From positions 15,532-79,531 of the forward strand of contig JAUSJG010000027.1 in the NCBI GenBank assembly GCA_030647555.1: DNA of 64,000 nt, read 5' to 3'. Both the position numbers and the translations under genes were made by a program. Every line of letters begins with the position of its first letter. Position 1 is the first letter of the stretch. Below are positions 1 to 12,300 of this stretch, one piece after another. The stretch comes from a bacterium. GTDB lineage: Bacteria > Patescibacteriota > Andersenbacteria > UBA10190 > CAIZMI01. The notes below the pieces were generated by a model. That model did no database searches. It was not told the origin of the DNA and worked only from the letters and a program-made list of their open reading frames with translations.

Positions 1-73
1 GAGCGACGGGGGATATTCATTGTCGGCCAATCAGGGTCCGACCCTGTTCTGCAGGGACGGACCCTGCTCGCCC

Positions 74-2626
74 CTACACGGTGACTTTTTGTTTTTGTTC
101 TTTTTTTATTTCTATGGGTTCGATTTTGGTTTTACCTTCAGACCAAACGACATTGAATTTGTTTCCTTCCGGAAGGGAACCTTCGATGATGCCTTGCGCG
201 ACCGGATCTTCGATTAATTCTTGGACAAACTGGCGAATTGGGCGCGCGCCTTCACCGCTATTAAAGGCGCGTTCGGCGATTTGGTCGCGGACTTCGTTGG
301 AAATTGAAGCTTCCAGGCGTTGCTTGCGGAGACGTTCCTTTAGTTCTTCTAAGTTTAGGGCGGTGATGCGACGCAGTTCCGGTAGGCCTAATGGTCGAAA
401 CACGACGATTTGATCGATACGGGAAAGTAGTTCCGGGGCCATTTCTTCGCGTAGATTACCCATCACGCGCCGTTTTACTTCATCGTAGCGTTCTTGGGAT
501 TCTTTTTTCGCGGTTTCGTCGGTGATGCCAAAACCCATCTTGGCTTCTTTGGCAAGCTCGGCTGATCCGATATTGGAAGTGAGAATGATAATTGTGTTGC
601 GGAAGTTAGCCTTTTTACCGTGCGTGTCGGTAAGTTCTCCTTCTTCCATGATTTGCAGAAGAATGTTGAAAACGTCGTGGTGGGCTTTTTCGATTTCATC
701 GAACAGAACGATAGAGTAGGGGCGACGACGAATTTTTTCTGTCAGTTTGCCACCATCTTCATAGCCGACATAGCCGGCGGGGGCGCCAATGAGACGCGAC
801 ACGGCGTGTGCTTCCATAAATTCGGACATATCCACGCGGATCAACGCATCTTCATCTTCATAGATTTCGCGCGCCAAAACTTTAGCCAGTTCGGTTTTTC
901 CAACGCCAGTTGGGCCCAAGAAAATAAACGAGCCGACCGGACGGTTTGGATTGGCGATGCCGGAACGGGAACGACGGATAAAGCGAGCCACGTTATTAAT
1001 TGCTTCTTTTTGGCCGACAATGCGACTGCCCATGGTGCGTTCGAGGTGTAGCAATTTCTTTTCTTCGGCTTTCAGGAGGCGCGTGGTGGGAATACCGGTC
1101 ATTTCGGCGATAACGGCCGCGATATCTTCACGCGTAATCGAATGGACGTGATTTTTTTCTTTTGGCATTGTGTGCAACAAATGAATTTTTTCTTCCAGAC
1201 GTTTTTCTTCTTTTTTCAAAACCAATGCTTCTTCATAGCGTTCTTCTTCAATCGCGTGATTTTTTTGCGATTGTATTTCTTGTAGTTCTTCTTTGGTTTC
1301 TTGTAGTTCGCTGGTATCGGTTTTGGATTCTGTGCCGAGTTTTAAGCGGGCAAGGGAAGCGGCTTCATCAAGTAAATCCAAAGCCTTATCCGGCAAAAAA
1401 CGCTCGGTGATGTAGCGCGTAGAAAGGGTGACGGCGGCTTCAATAGCGTCATCGGTAACTTCCAGGCCGTGATGTGTTTCATAGGCTTCGCGAACACCTT
1501 TTAAAATAGTAATTGATTCTTCTTCGGTTGATTCGCGTACTACGATTGGTTGGAAACGTCTTTCCAGGGCGGCGTCTTTTTCGATGTGTTTGCGGTATTC
1601 GTCCAGTGTTGTGGCGCCGACTACTTGTAATTCGCCGTTTGACAGAGCAGGTTTGAGGATATTGGCCGCGTCGAGTGAACCGCCGGCAGAACCGGCACCA
1701 ACAATCGTGTGCAGTTCATCAATGAAGAGTAAAACATTTGGTGTTTCTTTAACTTCGCGAAGAATTTCTTTTAAGCGTTCTTCAAATTCGCCACGGAATG
1801 TGGTGCCGGCCAAAATGGCCGCTAAATCCAAGGAAAGAATGCGTTTTTCGGCGAGATTTCCCGGCACTTTTCCACTGGCGATGCGTTGCGCGAGGCCGAT
1901 GGCAATGGCGGTTTTGCCAACGCCGGGATCGCCAATTAAGACAGGATTGTTTTTTGATTTGCGCGAAAGAATACTCATCATACGCATAATTTCTTTGTCG
2001 CGACCAATTACCGGGTCAAACTTTTTTTGCCTCGCTTGTTCCGTAAAATCGGTGCTGAAATAATCCAAACCCGGTGTTTTGGATTTAGATTTTTTTATTT
2101 GCGGTTCGGTGCCTTTGGGCATCTGGATTGGCATATTGGGCAAGCTGTTCATTCCGGAAAGGAAATTGGAGAGGTCGGGGAAATGGGCGGTGTTTTGCAA
2201 GACTGTTTTTACTTGGCGTAAGAGGGCCTTTATATCTGCCGGAGAACGTTCTAAAATGTGATAAGCGGTATTATCTTTTTGCGAAATGATGCCAAAAAGT
2301 AAATGTTCCGTGCCGATATAGCGGTGTTGGTGCTCGAAAGCTATACGCGCGGCTTTTTCAAACGCTTTTTCCGCTTGGTCGGATAATACCTCACGGAAAC
2401 CTGTTTTACGGGGGAGGGTTTCCAGTTCGGTTCTTATGTATTCCGGAGTAATATTGAATTTGCGCAAAATAGTGGCGGCAATGGAACCGGTTTCTTTGGT
2501 CATTCCGTAAAGCAGATGTTCGGTATCAATTTCTCCATGTTGAAGATCGTTCGATACTTGCGAGGCGGTCGCGAGAACATGTTTTAAACGAGTTGTAAGT
2601 TTGTCTTGGATTGGAAAATTTTTCAT
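74..2626 (-). CDS. clpC: ATP-dependent Clp protease ATP-binding subunit ClpC
   Basis: Double Clp-N repeats (TEHLL twice), Walker A motifs GDPGVGKT and [11 protein letters not shown]-like coiled coil, FGI loop. ATG at 2626 preferred over the TTG at 2635. Confidence 0.93.
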   Translation of the reverse strand: MKNFPIQDKLTTRLKHVLATASQVSNDLQHGEIDTEHLLYGMTKETGSIAATILRKFNITPEYIRTELETLPRKTGFREVLSDQAEKAFEKAARIAFEHQHRYIGTEHLLFGIISQKDNTAYHILERSPADIKALLRQVKTVLQNTAHFPDLSNFLSGMNSLPNMPIQMPKGTEPQIKKSKSKTPGLDYFSTDFTEQARQKKFDPVIGRDKEIMRMMSILSRKSKNNPVLIGDPGVGKTAIAIGLAQRIASGKVPGNLAEKRILSLDLAAILAGTTFRGEFEERLKEILREVKETPNVLLFIDELHTIVGAGSAGGSLDAANILKPALSNGELQVVGATTLDEYRKHIEKDAALERRFQPIVVRESTEEESITILKGVREAYETHHGLEVTDDAIEAAVTLSTRYITERFLPDKALDLLDEAASLARLKLGTESKTDTSELQETKEELQEIQSQKNHAIEEERYEEALVLKKEEKRLEEKIHLLHTMPKEKNHVHSITREDIAAVIAEMTGIPTTRLLKAEEKKLLHLERTMGSRIVGQKEAINNVARFIRRSRSGIANPNRPVGSFIFLGPTGVGKTELAKVLAREIYEDEDALIRVDMSEFMEAHAVSRLIGAPAGYVGYEDGGKLTEKIRRRPYSIVLFDEIEKAHHDVFNILLQIMEEGELTDTHGKKANFRNTIIILTSNIGSAELAKEAKMGFGITDETAKKESQERYDEVKRRVMGNLREEMAPELLSRIDQIVVFRPLGLPELRRITALNLEELKERLRKQRLEASISNEVRDQIAERAFNSGEGARPIRQFVQELIEDPVAQGIIEGSLPEGNKFNVVWSEGKTKIEPIEIKKEQKQKVTV

Positions 2627-2688
2627 GTTGTGCAAAAGTCTTTTTAAAAGTGTAACATATGTGGGATGATAATTGCTACGAAGTTATT

Positions 2689-2773
2689 GTAGGGGCAATT
2701 CCAGCCGTCGCTACCCACTTCACTAAAGCTTCGAGGGTCAAGAAAGCTAAGGCCGGCAGGCATGAATTGCCCC
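2689..2773 (+). repeat. GTAG-type REP palindrome interrupted by two nested 30-bp elements
   Basis: GTAGGGGCAATT (2689-2700) and CATGAATTGCCCC (2761-2773) are separated by a 60-bp insert made of two related 30-bp hairpin units. Confidence 0.75.
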
Positions 2774-2807
2774 AATAGTGACAGATAATACTTATTAATC
2801 TCGTTCA

Positions 2808-3302
2808 ATGACAAAAAATCCCATGAAAAAACGCGATAATTCTTGGTACGTGGCGACAATGCTTTTGGGTGTGCGACCGCGCTCGGTGGCGGAATTATTT
2901 GGACGGTTATCGGATAAAGGGTTTCCTCTGGACGAGGTGCAAAGAACGGTAGATAAGTGCCGAGAATTGGGTTATCTCAATGATAGGGAATTTGCCGTTG
3001 GTGTCTGTGACCAGTTGTTGGCGCGTAAAACCATGGGAAAAAAGAAGCTGTATGTGAAGTTGCGCTGGTTTGGTTTGAAGGAAGATTTAATTTCGGAAAT
3101 TATGGCGGAAAAATTGCCACCGGAAAAAGAATTAGAGATGGCGCAATATGCGGGAAATAAAAAGAAACAGCAACTGATTAAGCGAGGAACACCGAAAGAA
3201 AAATGGTACCAAAAGATCAGTCAATACTTACTTGGTCGCGGATTTTCAGGGGAAGTAGTTGGAACAACTGTGAGCGGTTTATTAAAAATGAATGATGATT
3301 GA
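2808..3302 (+). CDS. recX: Regulatory protein RecX
   Basis: RPRSVAEL, LGYLNDREFA and YLLGRGF motifs; size typical of RecX. Confidence 0.85.
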   Translation: MTKNPMKKRDNSWYVATMLLGVRPRSVAELFGRLSDKGFPLDEVQRTVDKCRELGYLNDREFAVGVCDQLLARKTMGKKKLYVKLRWFGLKEDLISEIMAEKLPPEKELEMAQYAGNKKKQQLIKRGTPKEKWYQKISQYLLGRGFSGEVVGTTVSGLLKMNDD

Positions 3303-3370
3303 TGATTTATGAACTAGAACAAATGCGGCGTCGTTCCTCCTCATCATTCATAAATCATTATTCATCATTC
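3286..3370. repeat. AT-rich heptamer-repeat palindrome (ATGAATG/CATTCAT type)
   Basis: atgaatgatgattgatgatttatgaa ... ttcataaatcattattcatcattc; overlaps the recX stop codon. Confidence 0.7.
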
Positions 3371-3383
3371 CATCACGCGTAAT

Positions 3384-3526
3384 CGCTCACAGGTTAAGGA
3401 AATAGCCATAGCGATCGCTTCGGCGTTGTCAATCCGTGTTTGCGCTAACCAACACCGATCACGGAACGGAGCAACCTTGCTCCGTTCCGTGATCGGACGC
3501 GATGGTTATTCCTTAACCTGTGAGCG
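3384..3526. mobile_element. MITE-like element with ~26-bp terminal inverted repeats
   Basis: CGCTCACAGGTTAAGGAAATAGCCAT ... ATGGTTATTCCTTAACCTGTGAGCG, with an internal perfect hairpin of 20-bp arms at 3455-3496. The same left end recurs at 48806. Confidence 0.7.
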
Positions 3527-3542
3527 CGTACCATCACGCTGT

Positions 3543-3571
3543 TTGACAGCGTGATTCGTGTGTTTTATTAT
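3543..3571 (+). promoter_or_regulatory. Sigma70-type promoter for the Clp-N gene
   Basis: TTGACA-17 nt-TATTAT; the -35 lies inside the inverted repeat ATCACGCTGT/ACAGCGTGAT. Confidence 0.6.
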
Positions 3572-3620
3572 GCAGTGTTCCTGTGTTTCGTGTTCCTTTT
3601 ATCATGAAAGCGAGTAGTTT

Positions 3621-4292
3621 ATGTTTGAACGTTTCACTGATCAGGCACGGAAGGTTATGCAACTGGCCAACAGGCATGCACAACGGATGAATCTCGAATA
3701 CGTCGGCACCGAGCATATTTTACTCGGTTTGATTGAAGAAGGTTGGGGGTTGGCGGCTGTCGTGTTGAAGAATTTCGGCGTCGATTTGGGTAGGACTCGA
3801 TTGGAGGTGGAGAAGTTGGTCAAATCCGGACCCGAGATGGTCACCATTGGAAAACTGCCCCAGACGCCCAGCGCCAAGAAGGTGATCGAGTACGCGATGG
3901 AAGAGGCTCGCAATCTGAACCACAATTACATTGGCACCGAGCATATCCTGTTGGGATTGTTGCGGGAAAACGAGGGAGTTGCTGCCCAGGTGCTAATGAA
4001 CCTGGGGGTGAAGATTGGGGATGTTCGCGCGGAGGTTCTCAATGTGCTTGGACATGGCCCGGAAATCAAGAAAGAATTCCAAAAAGATTCCGCTCCCGAC
4101 GCGAATACTGTTTTGGAAGAACTCCTTGTTGCCGCCGGTAAGAAGCGCGAGGACTTGCCCGCTTTGTTGAGGGGGTTAGACAACAAAGAAAGCGATATTA
4201 GGGCTTTCATTACTTTTGTTCTGAAGCTAAGTGTCTTCAAGGAGTCTGAAATTAAAAAAGAAAATTCGGCCTCGGTTTCGGAGCAAAAGTGA
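3621..4292 (+). CDS. Stand-alone Clp protease N-terminal (Clp R) domain protein, no AAA+ module
   Basis: MFERFTDQARKVM start, two GTEHILLGL repeats, then an unrelated ~75-aa tail; no Walker motifs. Confidence 0.88.
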   Translation: MFERFTDQARKVMQLANRHAQRMNLEYVGTEHILLGLIEEGWGLAAVVLKNFGVDLGRTRLEVEKLVKSGPEMVTIGKLPQTPSAKKVIEYAMEEARNLNHNYIGTEHILLGLLRENEGVAAQVLMNLGVKIGDVRAEVLNVLGHGPEIKKEFQKDSAPDANTVLEELLVAAGKKREDLPALLRGLDNKESDIRAFITFVLKLSVFKESEIKKENSASVSEQK

Positions 4293-4314
4293 TCAATTCG
4301 GGTAACCACCCCAC

Positions 4315-4403
4315 CCAGGCTTTGCAGAGCCTGGTTTTTTTTGTTTTATTTTGCCGAAGCAAAATAAAACAATCCCCCGTAGCTCATCAGAGCGAAGGGG
4401 GAT
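4315..4403 (+). terminator. Intrinsic terminator followed by a conserved cassette 3' hairpin motif
   Basis: CCAGGC-loop-GCCTGG plus T8, an AT-rich hairpin, then ATCCCCCGTAGCTC..GAGCGAAGGGGGAT. Confidence 0.7.
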
Positions 4404-4415
4404 GATGTGTCTTTC

Positions 4416-5303
4416 TCACCCCATTTTTTCGAGCACCGAGATGCGTTCTTCGATTGGTGGATGCGTGGAAAAAAGTTTACTGACCATTCTCCCTGAAAGG
4501 GGGTTTGTTAGGTAAAGATGAGCGGTGGCGGTATTGGCCTGGGTGACCGGCAACTGTTCTTGTTGGATTTTGCGAAAGGCGGAAATTAAGCCTTCCGGGT
4601 AGCGGGTGAGCAAGACACCCGATGCATCTGCCAGAAATTCCCGGCGTCTAGAAACGGCGAGTTGGATTAGTTGGGCGATAACAGGGGAGAGCAAGATTAG
4701 AACGACGCCGATTATTGCGAGAATTGCGCCGGCGTTGCCTTCGTTGTTATTACTGCGACGGCCACCAAATAGACGGGCGCGTAAAAATAAATCGGAAACC
4801 AAGGCGATTGTGCCCACGAAAATTGCCACAACCGTCAATAAACGAATGTCGTAATTGCCGATATGGGAAAATTCGTGGGCCAAAACTCCTTCCAACTCTT
4901 GCTTGTCCAGTTTGGCGAGCATTCCTTCGGTTACGGCGATTGATGCGTGTTTGGGATCACGTCCGGTGGCAAAGGCGTTTATTGCCGGCGAAGGGATAAT
5001 ATAGACGGCAGGAGTGGGGATTCCGGCTGTGATCGCGAGGTTTTCTACAATACGATAGAGTTCCGGCGAATCACTTTTGTTAATTTGCACGGCGGAATTG
5101 GCGGATAAGGCAATTTTGTCCCCGGCGTAGTAGCCGGTAAGAGAAGAAATGATTGAAATAATAATGGCAATTGGGAAAATTGCTGTTCCGCCTCCCTGGG
5201 TTTGATCAATGATGAAACCGAGGAGAAGGATGAACACTATAAAAAAGATAATCAATACCGCTGATCGGCGTTTATTGGAAGAGATGGAAGTGTAAACTGT
5301 CAT
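4416..5303 (-). CDS. htpX: Zinc metalloprotease HtpX (M48 family)
   Basis: NAFATG, HEFSH (HExxH), SRRREFLADA and THPP motifs; transmembrane helices. Confidence 0.92.
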   Translation of the reverse strand: MTVYTSISSNKRRSAVLIIFFIVFILLLGFIIDQTQGGGTAIFPIAIIISIISSLTGYYAGDKIALSANSAVQINKSDSPELYRIVENLAITAGIPTPAVYIIPSPAINAFATGRDPKHASIAVTEGMLAKLDKQELEGVLAHEFSHIGNYDIRLLTVVAIFVGTIALVSDLFLRARLFGGRRSNNNEGNAGAILAIIGVVLILLSPVIAQLIQLAVSRRREFLADASGVLLTRYPEGLISAFRKIQQEQLPVTQANTATAHLYLTNPLSGRMVSKLFSTHPPIEERISVLEKMG

Positions 5304-5312
5304 AATAGTTAT

Positions 5313-5440
5313 TAATTTTCAATTATCAATTCCCAATTTTCAAACAATTATCAATTATTTAATTGTCAAAAGTTGCGCGTTTTGGAAAATTGAAATTTGA
5401 AAATTAATTGATAATTGGTCATTGAAAATTGATAATTTTA
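5313..5440. repeat. AT-rich heptamer-repeat palindrome (TCAATTT/AAATTGA type)
   Basis: Left arm of caattNN heptamers, GC-rich loop gttgcgcg, inverted right arm; a similar element lies at 37451-37582. Confidence 0.75.
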
Positions 5441-5461
5441 AATTTTAAAATCCTGTGGATT

Positions 5462-6013
5462 TTAAAATTTAACTTGTGGTACCTCTTTTTCCGCCACGTC
5501 GTCTAATTCAAAGAAAGCACGCTGTTTGAAATTGAAAGTGGAGGCGATAAAATTGCCTGGAAATACTTGCATTGCGGAGTTCATATCGCGTACATTGCCA
5601 TTGTAGAAACGACGGGAGGCTTGGATTTTGTTTTCCGTGTCGGAAAGTTCGCGCTGTAGCTCAAGAAAATTCGTATTGGCTTTCAGGTCCGGGTAGTTTT
5701 CCGCAACGGCAAAAAGCGATTTTAGGGTACCGGTTAGGGCGTTTTCCGCTTTTGCTTGGTCTTCCTGGCTTCCACTTTGCATAGCCTTTGTTCTGGCTTC
5801 AGTAACGGCCGTGAGAACACCGCTTTCGTGCGCCACGTAGCCCTTGACGGTTTCAATCAGATTGGGAATAAGATCGTGGCGACGTTTCAGTTGAACGTCA
5901 ATATCCGACCAGGCTTCGTCGGTGTTGTTTTTAAGACGGATAAAACCGTTATAGGTTATTACAACCCAAAGAACGATAGCGACGACGATTACCAGGAGGA
6001 TTAGCAACAACAT
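5462..6013 (-). CDS. lemA: LemA family protein
   Basis: N-terminal TM helix; WSDIDVQLKRRHDLIPNL, ENYPDLKA and RRFYN motifs; upstream of htpX as is common. Confidence 0.93.
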   Translation of the reverse strand: MLLLILLVIVVAIVLWVVITYNGFIRLKNNTDEAWSDIDVQLKRRHDLIPNLIETVKGYVAHESGVLTAVTEARTKAMQSGSQEDQAKAENALTGTLKSLFAVAENYPDLKANTNFLELQRELSDTENKIQASRRFYNGNVRDMNSAMQVFPGNFIASTFNFKQRAFFELDDVAEKEVPQVKF

Positions 6014-6110
6014 ATGTTTGTATAAGGATAATGTCTATAATGTATACCGTTTTTGCAAAGGAGCAAGGAGTTGCTAATTTCTAATTTGCAATTTCTAATT
6101 TTTTCGGCAT

Positions 6111-6184
6111 TGGGGACTGACGTAAATAACCTGTTCATATTTTGTTTAAGTACGCTTAAGAATAAGATTACTATGATTGAACAA
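6111..6184. mobile_element. Partial copy (one end) of the MITE at 13951-14130
   Basis: TGGGGACTGACGTAAATAACCTGTTCATAT... matches the reverse complement of the 14058-14130 arm. Confidence 0.7.
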
Positions 6185-6226
6185 CGTAAAGTTGCGTGAC
6201 CACGTGGTTTTACGCGATGGTCGTCT

Positions 6227-6275
6227 AAAGGTATCAGGTACTTTTTTACCGGATAAAAAAGTACCTGATACCTTT
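6227..6275. repeat. Perfect REP-like palindrome
   Basis: AAAGGTATCAGGTACTTTTTTA-ccgga-TAAAAAAGTACCTGATACCTTT. Confidence 0.75.
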
Positions 6276-6311
6276 CGTTCTGTGCTACAATAATCCAGAA
6301 TACAAATACGT

Positions 6312-9300
6312 ATGTTAAGAACTTTTAAATCGGTCTTCCCTGGTATCCTGACTGTTGTTTTATTTATGGGTTGGTTTAGTCTTGCCACGCCGAAGCTTTT
6401 TGCGGAGGAGGGGGTTGCTTCATCACAAGAGACCAGTACCACTCCCGAAGTGGACCCGTTGGCCACTTCGGGAGTGGTACTGGGTGAAGCAACTCCCGCT
6501 TCAACACCGACACCCACTTCTGATCCAACACCAACACCAAATTCAACACCGCTACCCACTCCCGATCCCACGCCCGCTGTCACTCCCCCAATTACCCCTG
6601 TTCCTAATCCCAGTCCCACGGCTACACCGGAGGGAACTGATCCCGAGAACGAAAAACCAAATATCACCAAGACGGAAGAAGATACGGATACGGGGAAACT
6701 AGTCACTCTTTCCGCGCCGGACGAGACGGTAAATAATCAAAACGTCGTCACCGGCACCGAGATCCCCGAGATCTACAAAGTCGGTCAAGAAGGAAGAATC
6801 CAAATCAAGTGGAAAAACAACAACGATCAGGCAATGCAATTCAAGGCCGAAGATAAAAACAACAACGGCAAGCTTGATTACGTCGAGTGGACCGTTCCTC
6901 ATCTCTCCACCCAAGTCTTTGAAATCATCTACATCAGCAAAGCCTTCCAATTAGACGAGAACAAAGAAATAATCAGTGACATCTACGATAAGGTAAAGAC
7001 CCAAGATAACAACTGGGCAACAGTAAAAGATGGCCAATCTGTCCGTGTAACCTTCCAACAAGTATTGGATAATACGAAAGATATCACGATTCACGCCAGA
7101 CCAAAACAGAATCCTTTACTTTCTCTTTTTCAAGCCAAACCAAAAATCGAAGTTTATCCTGTTTATTCCACCACCCCTGAGACATCGGGGGTCCAAGCGT
7201 CCGAACCAATCGCCACGTTTCAAAGTATCGACAAAGAAAACACTTATCAAATCCTTCTCAAAGACTTAAAGACCCCTACCGATCAGTTTGATCTAAGAGT
7301 TATCAATGGCGACATTGATTTTGATTACATCGTAGATCCAGTAGGCTGGCTGACAAACTGGACTCACAGAAAGAAGATCACCATTGCCAACACCAATGTG
7401 GATGCGGATTTAACGGATTTTCCGGCACTGGTGAGCATTACTGCTGATGCGGATTTGGCAACCGCACTGGCAACTGGCTACGACATCAGGTTCACGGATT
7501 CCGGCGGAAGCACTTTGCTTTCCTACGAACGAGAATCTTGGTCAGGAGGCGCAGGCGCCAGCGCCACAGGAATCTTCTGGGTCAAAGTGCCAACCATCGA
7601 CGACACCGTGGACACCGACATTTATGTGTACTACGGCAAAAGTGACGCCGTCGACGGCCAATCGGCCGTCAATGTGTGGGATAGCAATTACAAAGGCGTG
7701 TGGCACATGGACGACGGGGCAGACACAAGCCACATTAACGATTCGACTTCCAATGGAAAAACCGGAACAAAGGAGGGGGCAGCAACACCTTCGCAAACAA
7801 CAGGATTGATCGGAAAGGCACAAAGCTTTGCCGCGCAACAAATCTCCACATCGAATATCGGGGTTTCTACGGTCGCTGGCGATAAAACAACGGTAGATTT
7901 TTGGATGAAGTGGGACGGAACGGACGAAGTGATGCCGTTCGGATTCGCGGCCTACGACCTGTATATGCATTTATCCGGCATAGGATTCAATTCCGCGCAA
8001 GGCGATGTATATGGCATCCCGACGACCGGATTCTCCGGGAACTGGAAGCACATAACGGCTGTGTTTTTTAACGGAGCATACACGGGGAATACGAAGATCT
8101 ATGTCAACGGAGTCTCCCAAACACTGACGCAGCTGTTTGGAGGCGCAGGAAGCGCGACCGTCAGCGTCAATCCTATGATCAGTGGCTGGGGATATAATTC
8201 GGGGTATAAATTTTCCGGATTATTGGATGACGTGAGAATATCGAATCTTGAGCGCTCTGCGGAGTGGATTAAGTTTGAATATTATAATCAAAGCTCGGCA
8301 AATGCAGAACTTACTTTTGCAAGCCAAGAAAACAATGTAAGCTGGTTGGCTGGCTGGAGCAATAGAAAGAAAATCACTATTGATCATACTAAAGTTGGTG
8401 GAGGCACTGAAACCCAAACCAACTTCCCGGTTCTTATTTCCCTCACAGGCTTATCCGGCATCAATGCCAATGGCACCGACATCAGATTCACTGCTGATGA
8501 TGGTGGAACATATCTTGCCCGCGAAATTGAAAGTTATTCCGCCGGCGCCCTTACCGCCTGGGTGAAAATTCCAACATTATCCCACACCGCAGACACCGTG
8601 ATTTATATGTACTATGGCAATAGTAGCGCTACCGAGCCCGCCGCCAATTCCACGTATGGAAGCCAAAATGTGTGGGACAGCAGTTTTAAAGGCGTGTGGC
8701 ATTTGAAGGAAGCAACAGGAGTAAACAATGCCGACTCAACCAGCAACGCCAACACAGGAACGCCAACGAATGGTCCAGTGCAAGCCACAGGGAAAGTTGA
8801 TGGCTCATTGAGCTTTGATGGGGGGGATGATTATGTAAATGTAGGAACTATTATTAATGTCGGCAACACGTTTAGCGTCGATGCTTGGTTCAACGCCAAT
8901 GAAGTAAAGACAGCCGGTTTAGTTTCAGTAATTGATTCAGGTGGGGACGGTCACTATGGCATTTGGACGAGAAACGACGGCACTGTTGAACTAATACTAG
9001 ACTGGTCGACTGGATGGACAAGTGTATCAACCACATATAGCACAAACAATTGGATACATATTATTGGCACATTTGATGGTACAACACTTCGTCTTTACAA
9101 AAATGGAATACTAGCGATTTCAAATACACCATCTGGTACTCCGATAAATGCTTCCAACAACTTAGTAATTGGAGCGATAACGGCAGCGAGCTTTCCATTC
9201 AACGGTCTCCTCGATGACACTCGCGTTTCCTCCACCGCTCGCTCCGCAGGTTGGATTGCTACCGAGTATGCCAACCAAAACTCTCCGGGGACTTTTTATG

Positions 9301-12300
9301 CAACCGATGATACCGGCGGAACCAGCAACAACATTGTTTGGACAGATGGTTCGGGAGACAACTTGTGGAGCACCGCCGGCAACTGGCAAGGCGGAGTAGT
9401 CCCAACCGCCAGTGACACCGCGGTGTTTAATTCCTCTGCCACCGGAAACGTCACCATAGACACAAATGCCAGCGTCAAAGGCATCAACATTGCCAGCGGT
9501 TACACCGGAACTATCACGCAATCTGCAAGTTACACCGTCACTATAGGAACCAGCGGTTTTACCCAAGCCGACGGCGTGTTTTCCGCCGGAGCCGGAGCCT
9601 TCACCGTGTCCGGCAATTGGGCGCACTCCGCAGGAACATTTACCGCCAACTCCGGCACGGTCACGCTCAATGGCACCGCTCAAACCATCTCCGGCAGCAC
9701 CACTTTCTACAACCTCACCAAGTCCGTAGCCTCTGCCGACACCCTCACATTTACCGCAGGAACAACACAGACAATTACCAACACCCTCACTCTCAACGGC
9801 GCCAGCGGACAACTGCTCTCGCTTCGTTCTTCCTCAACGCCAACGCAATGGAGCATCGATCCCCAAGGCACGAAATCATTCTCCTACCTGGATATCCAAG
9901 ACTCCAATAATATTAACGCCGTCAAAGCCAACGCTGGTTCCACCTCCATCTCTTCCGGTAACAATACCAACTGGTTCTTTGATGACACACTTCCGACAAT
10001 CCAATCCGTCTCTTCCGATAAAGCCAATAACACATACACGACCGGTACCGTCATCGATATCGACCTCACGTTCTCCGAACCCGTTACCTTAACCGGTACC
10101 GGCACGATCACCCTCGAAACAGGGACAACAGATCAAACCTGCGATTTTCAAGTTACCGACTCCGCTACAACAACCTGCAACTATACCGTGCAAACAGGAG
10201 ACACCAGCAGTGATCTCACTGTTAAAACAGTGGAAGGAACAATCAAAGATTCAGCAGAGAATCAAATGACCAATTTTGTGCCCGCCTCCAACCTCGCCGT
10301 AAACAAACAAATTGTAATCGATACTTTCCCCACCGCACCCTCTAATCTAACCGCCACCGTTCTTTCTTCTTCTTCCATTAAGTGGGACTGGACGGATAAC
10401 AGCAGTAACGAAGCCGGTTTTAAGTTGTACTCCTCCACAGGGACGCTTCTTGCGACCGTTTCTACAGGGGTAACCACATATACCGAGACAACGCTCACGG
10501 AAAACACCACATACAATCGCAAAGTCGTTTCATACAACAACGCCGGCAATTCTGCTTATTCTTCCACCGTTTCCGCGCTCACCAAACTAAACGCGCCATC
10601 GCTACTTTCCGGTCTCGCCATCTCTTCTACCAGTATTACCTGGAGCTGGACAGACAACAGTGGTGATGAAACAGGGTTCAAATTGTATGATGAAAATAAT
10701 GATTTGGTTGCTACGATTTCGACAGTCAATCGAACATACTACACCGAAACAAGTCTCACCAAAGGAACCAGTTACACCCGCAAGGTTGCTTCCTATAACG
10801 ATGATGGCACGTCAAGTTATTCCAACACCGTCACCGTCCAAACCCTCGCCCTCGCTCCCGCTTCACCAAAGCTTTTCACACCTGTTCCCGGCGCAGAGTT
10901 GGACACGCTCACGCCGACCTTCTCCTTTGGCCGTGTCTCCACCCTAGACGGCATCAAGTCGTACACCCTGCTAATCTACACAGAAGGAAGCACAACTAAG
11001 TCATACACGATTACTGATCTCCCTGATGGTTCCGTCGTCAACAACTCCGACTACACCGCCGAAGGTAATCAAGATTCCATAACCATCACCCTGAAAACAG
11101 AAGCCGGTCTTGTCAAAGGTCCCCACACATGGAAGGTGCGGGCCACGGACAACAACAACGCAACGGGAGACTCCGACTTCGCTTCCTTCACCATTGTCCT
11201 TACCGAAACCACCGCCGTCATCTCTCAACCCACTCCCACCGCGACCAGCAGTCCCGCTCCGTTGGAAGAACTGGCCGTTAAACCTCTTACTCCCGCCGAA
11301 GTAACCAAGCAGTACCAAGCAGGGAAGACTCCCTCCCGTACCAGTCCCTCACTCTGGCTTGATAACCTGGAGAAACAAGCGCAGATCAGAGCGGATAAGC
11401 AAACGGAGAATATGGATCAGCTGTTAAGCAAGTTTATTCCATTTGAGAAGATCCAAGCTTTTAATAACCGCCTGCAAGCCTTTATGCAAAGTCTCCAACA
11501 AAAATTAGCCAGTTTCTTTAATACAATGAAGAATCAAATAATCGCCTTCTTCACTAACACAACGCCTTCCAGTGTTCAACGTTTCTTCGCTTTCCTTTCT
11601 TCCTTCTTCCAAAACACAAGCAATTGGTGGGCGGAGCTGATGCAACAGGGCCGAGCGAACAGACTGGCGCTCGCGGAACAGGGAACAAACATCTTTGTCG
11701 TTTCGTTTAATCCCGTGAACAAAGTGGTGTCAAGTATGCAAGCGGGTGTGTTTAACATTATTGAGAAGTTCCAAGGCATCAACACGCCCAAAGATGCCAT
11801 CCTTGCCGATATCACGGCCAACCAGACCGCGCTTAAGCAATCTACCAATCGTCTGGTCGAAGGTACCGTCGATTTCTTCGGCCGACAGTTTAACGCGACG
11901 AAGAAAATCGCCATCTCCCTCTTCGCGGGGGCGCACACCACGTTCCGTTATAAGGTTTTGGCGGGAACGGGCGTAATTATAAGGAATACCGGTACTTGGC
12001 TTCACAATCTAATGAGTCAAGGCCGAGAGAACCGATTGGCGCTGGCGGGGAGTGGAACGAAGGTAGTAAACACCATCATTGATCCTGTACAGAGAGTGAG
12101 AAAAGCCGCCTGGCTTGGTTCCATTCAAGCATTGGAAGTTCTGGAAGGCAAAGACCAACTGAAACTCGCCATCGCCGACGTCCATCTTTCTGAGATACTA
12201 AACAACGAAGCCACGCTTAATTGGTCCACCAATCGTGTGACTTACGCCAAAGTCAACTACGGCGAATCCCTGATGTATGGCGAAGAAGTATTTATCAACG

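Noticed and set aside
6490-6640. Pro/Thr-rich repeats in the giant protein and the antisense ORF 6146-6706
   Set aside because: This is an ordinary low-complexity linker, and the antisense ORF is its shadow.
7174-7192. Small hairpin ACCCC..GA/TC..GGGGT inside the giant gene as another in-frame element
   Set aside because: It is too short and has no second copy in the window.
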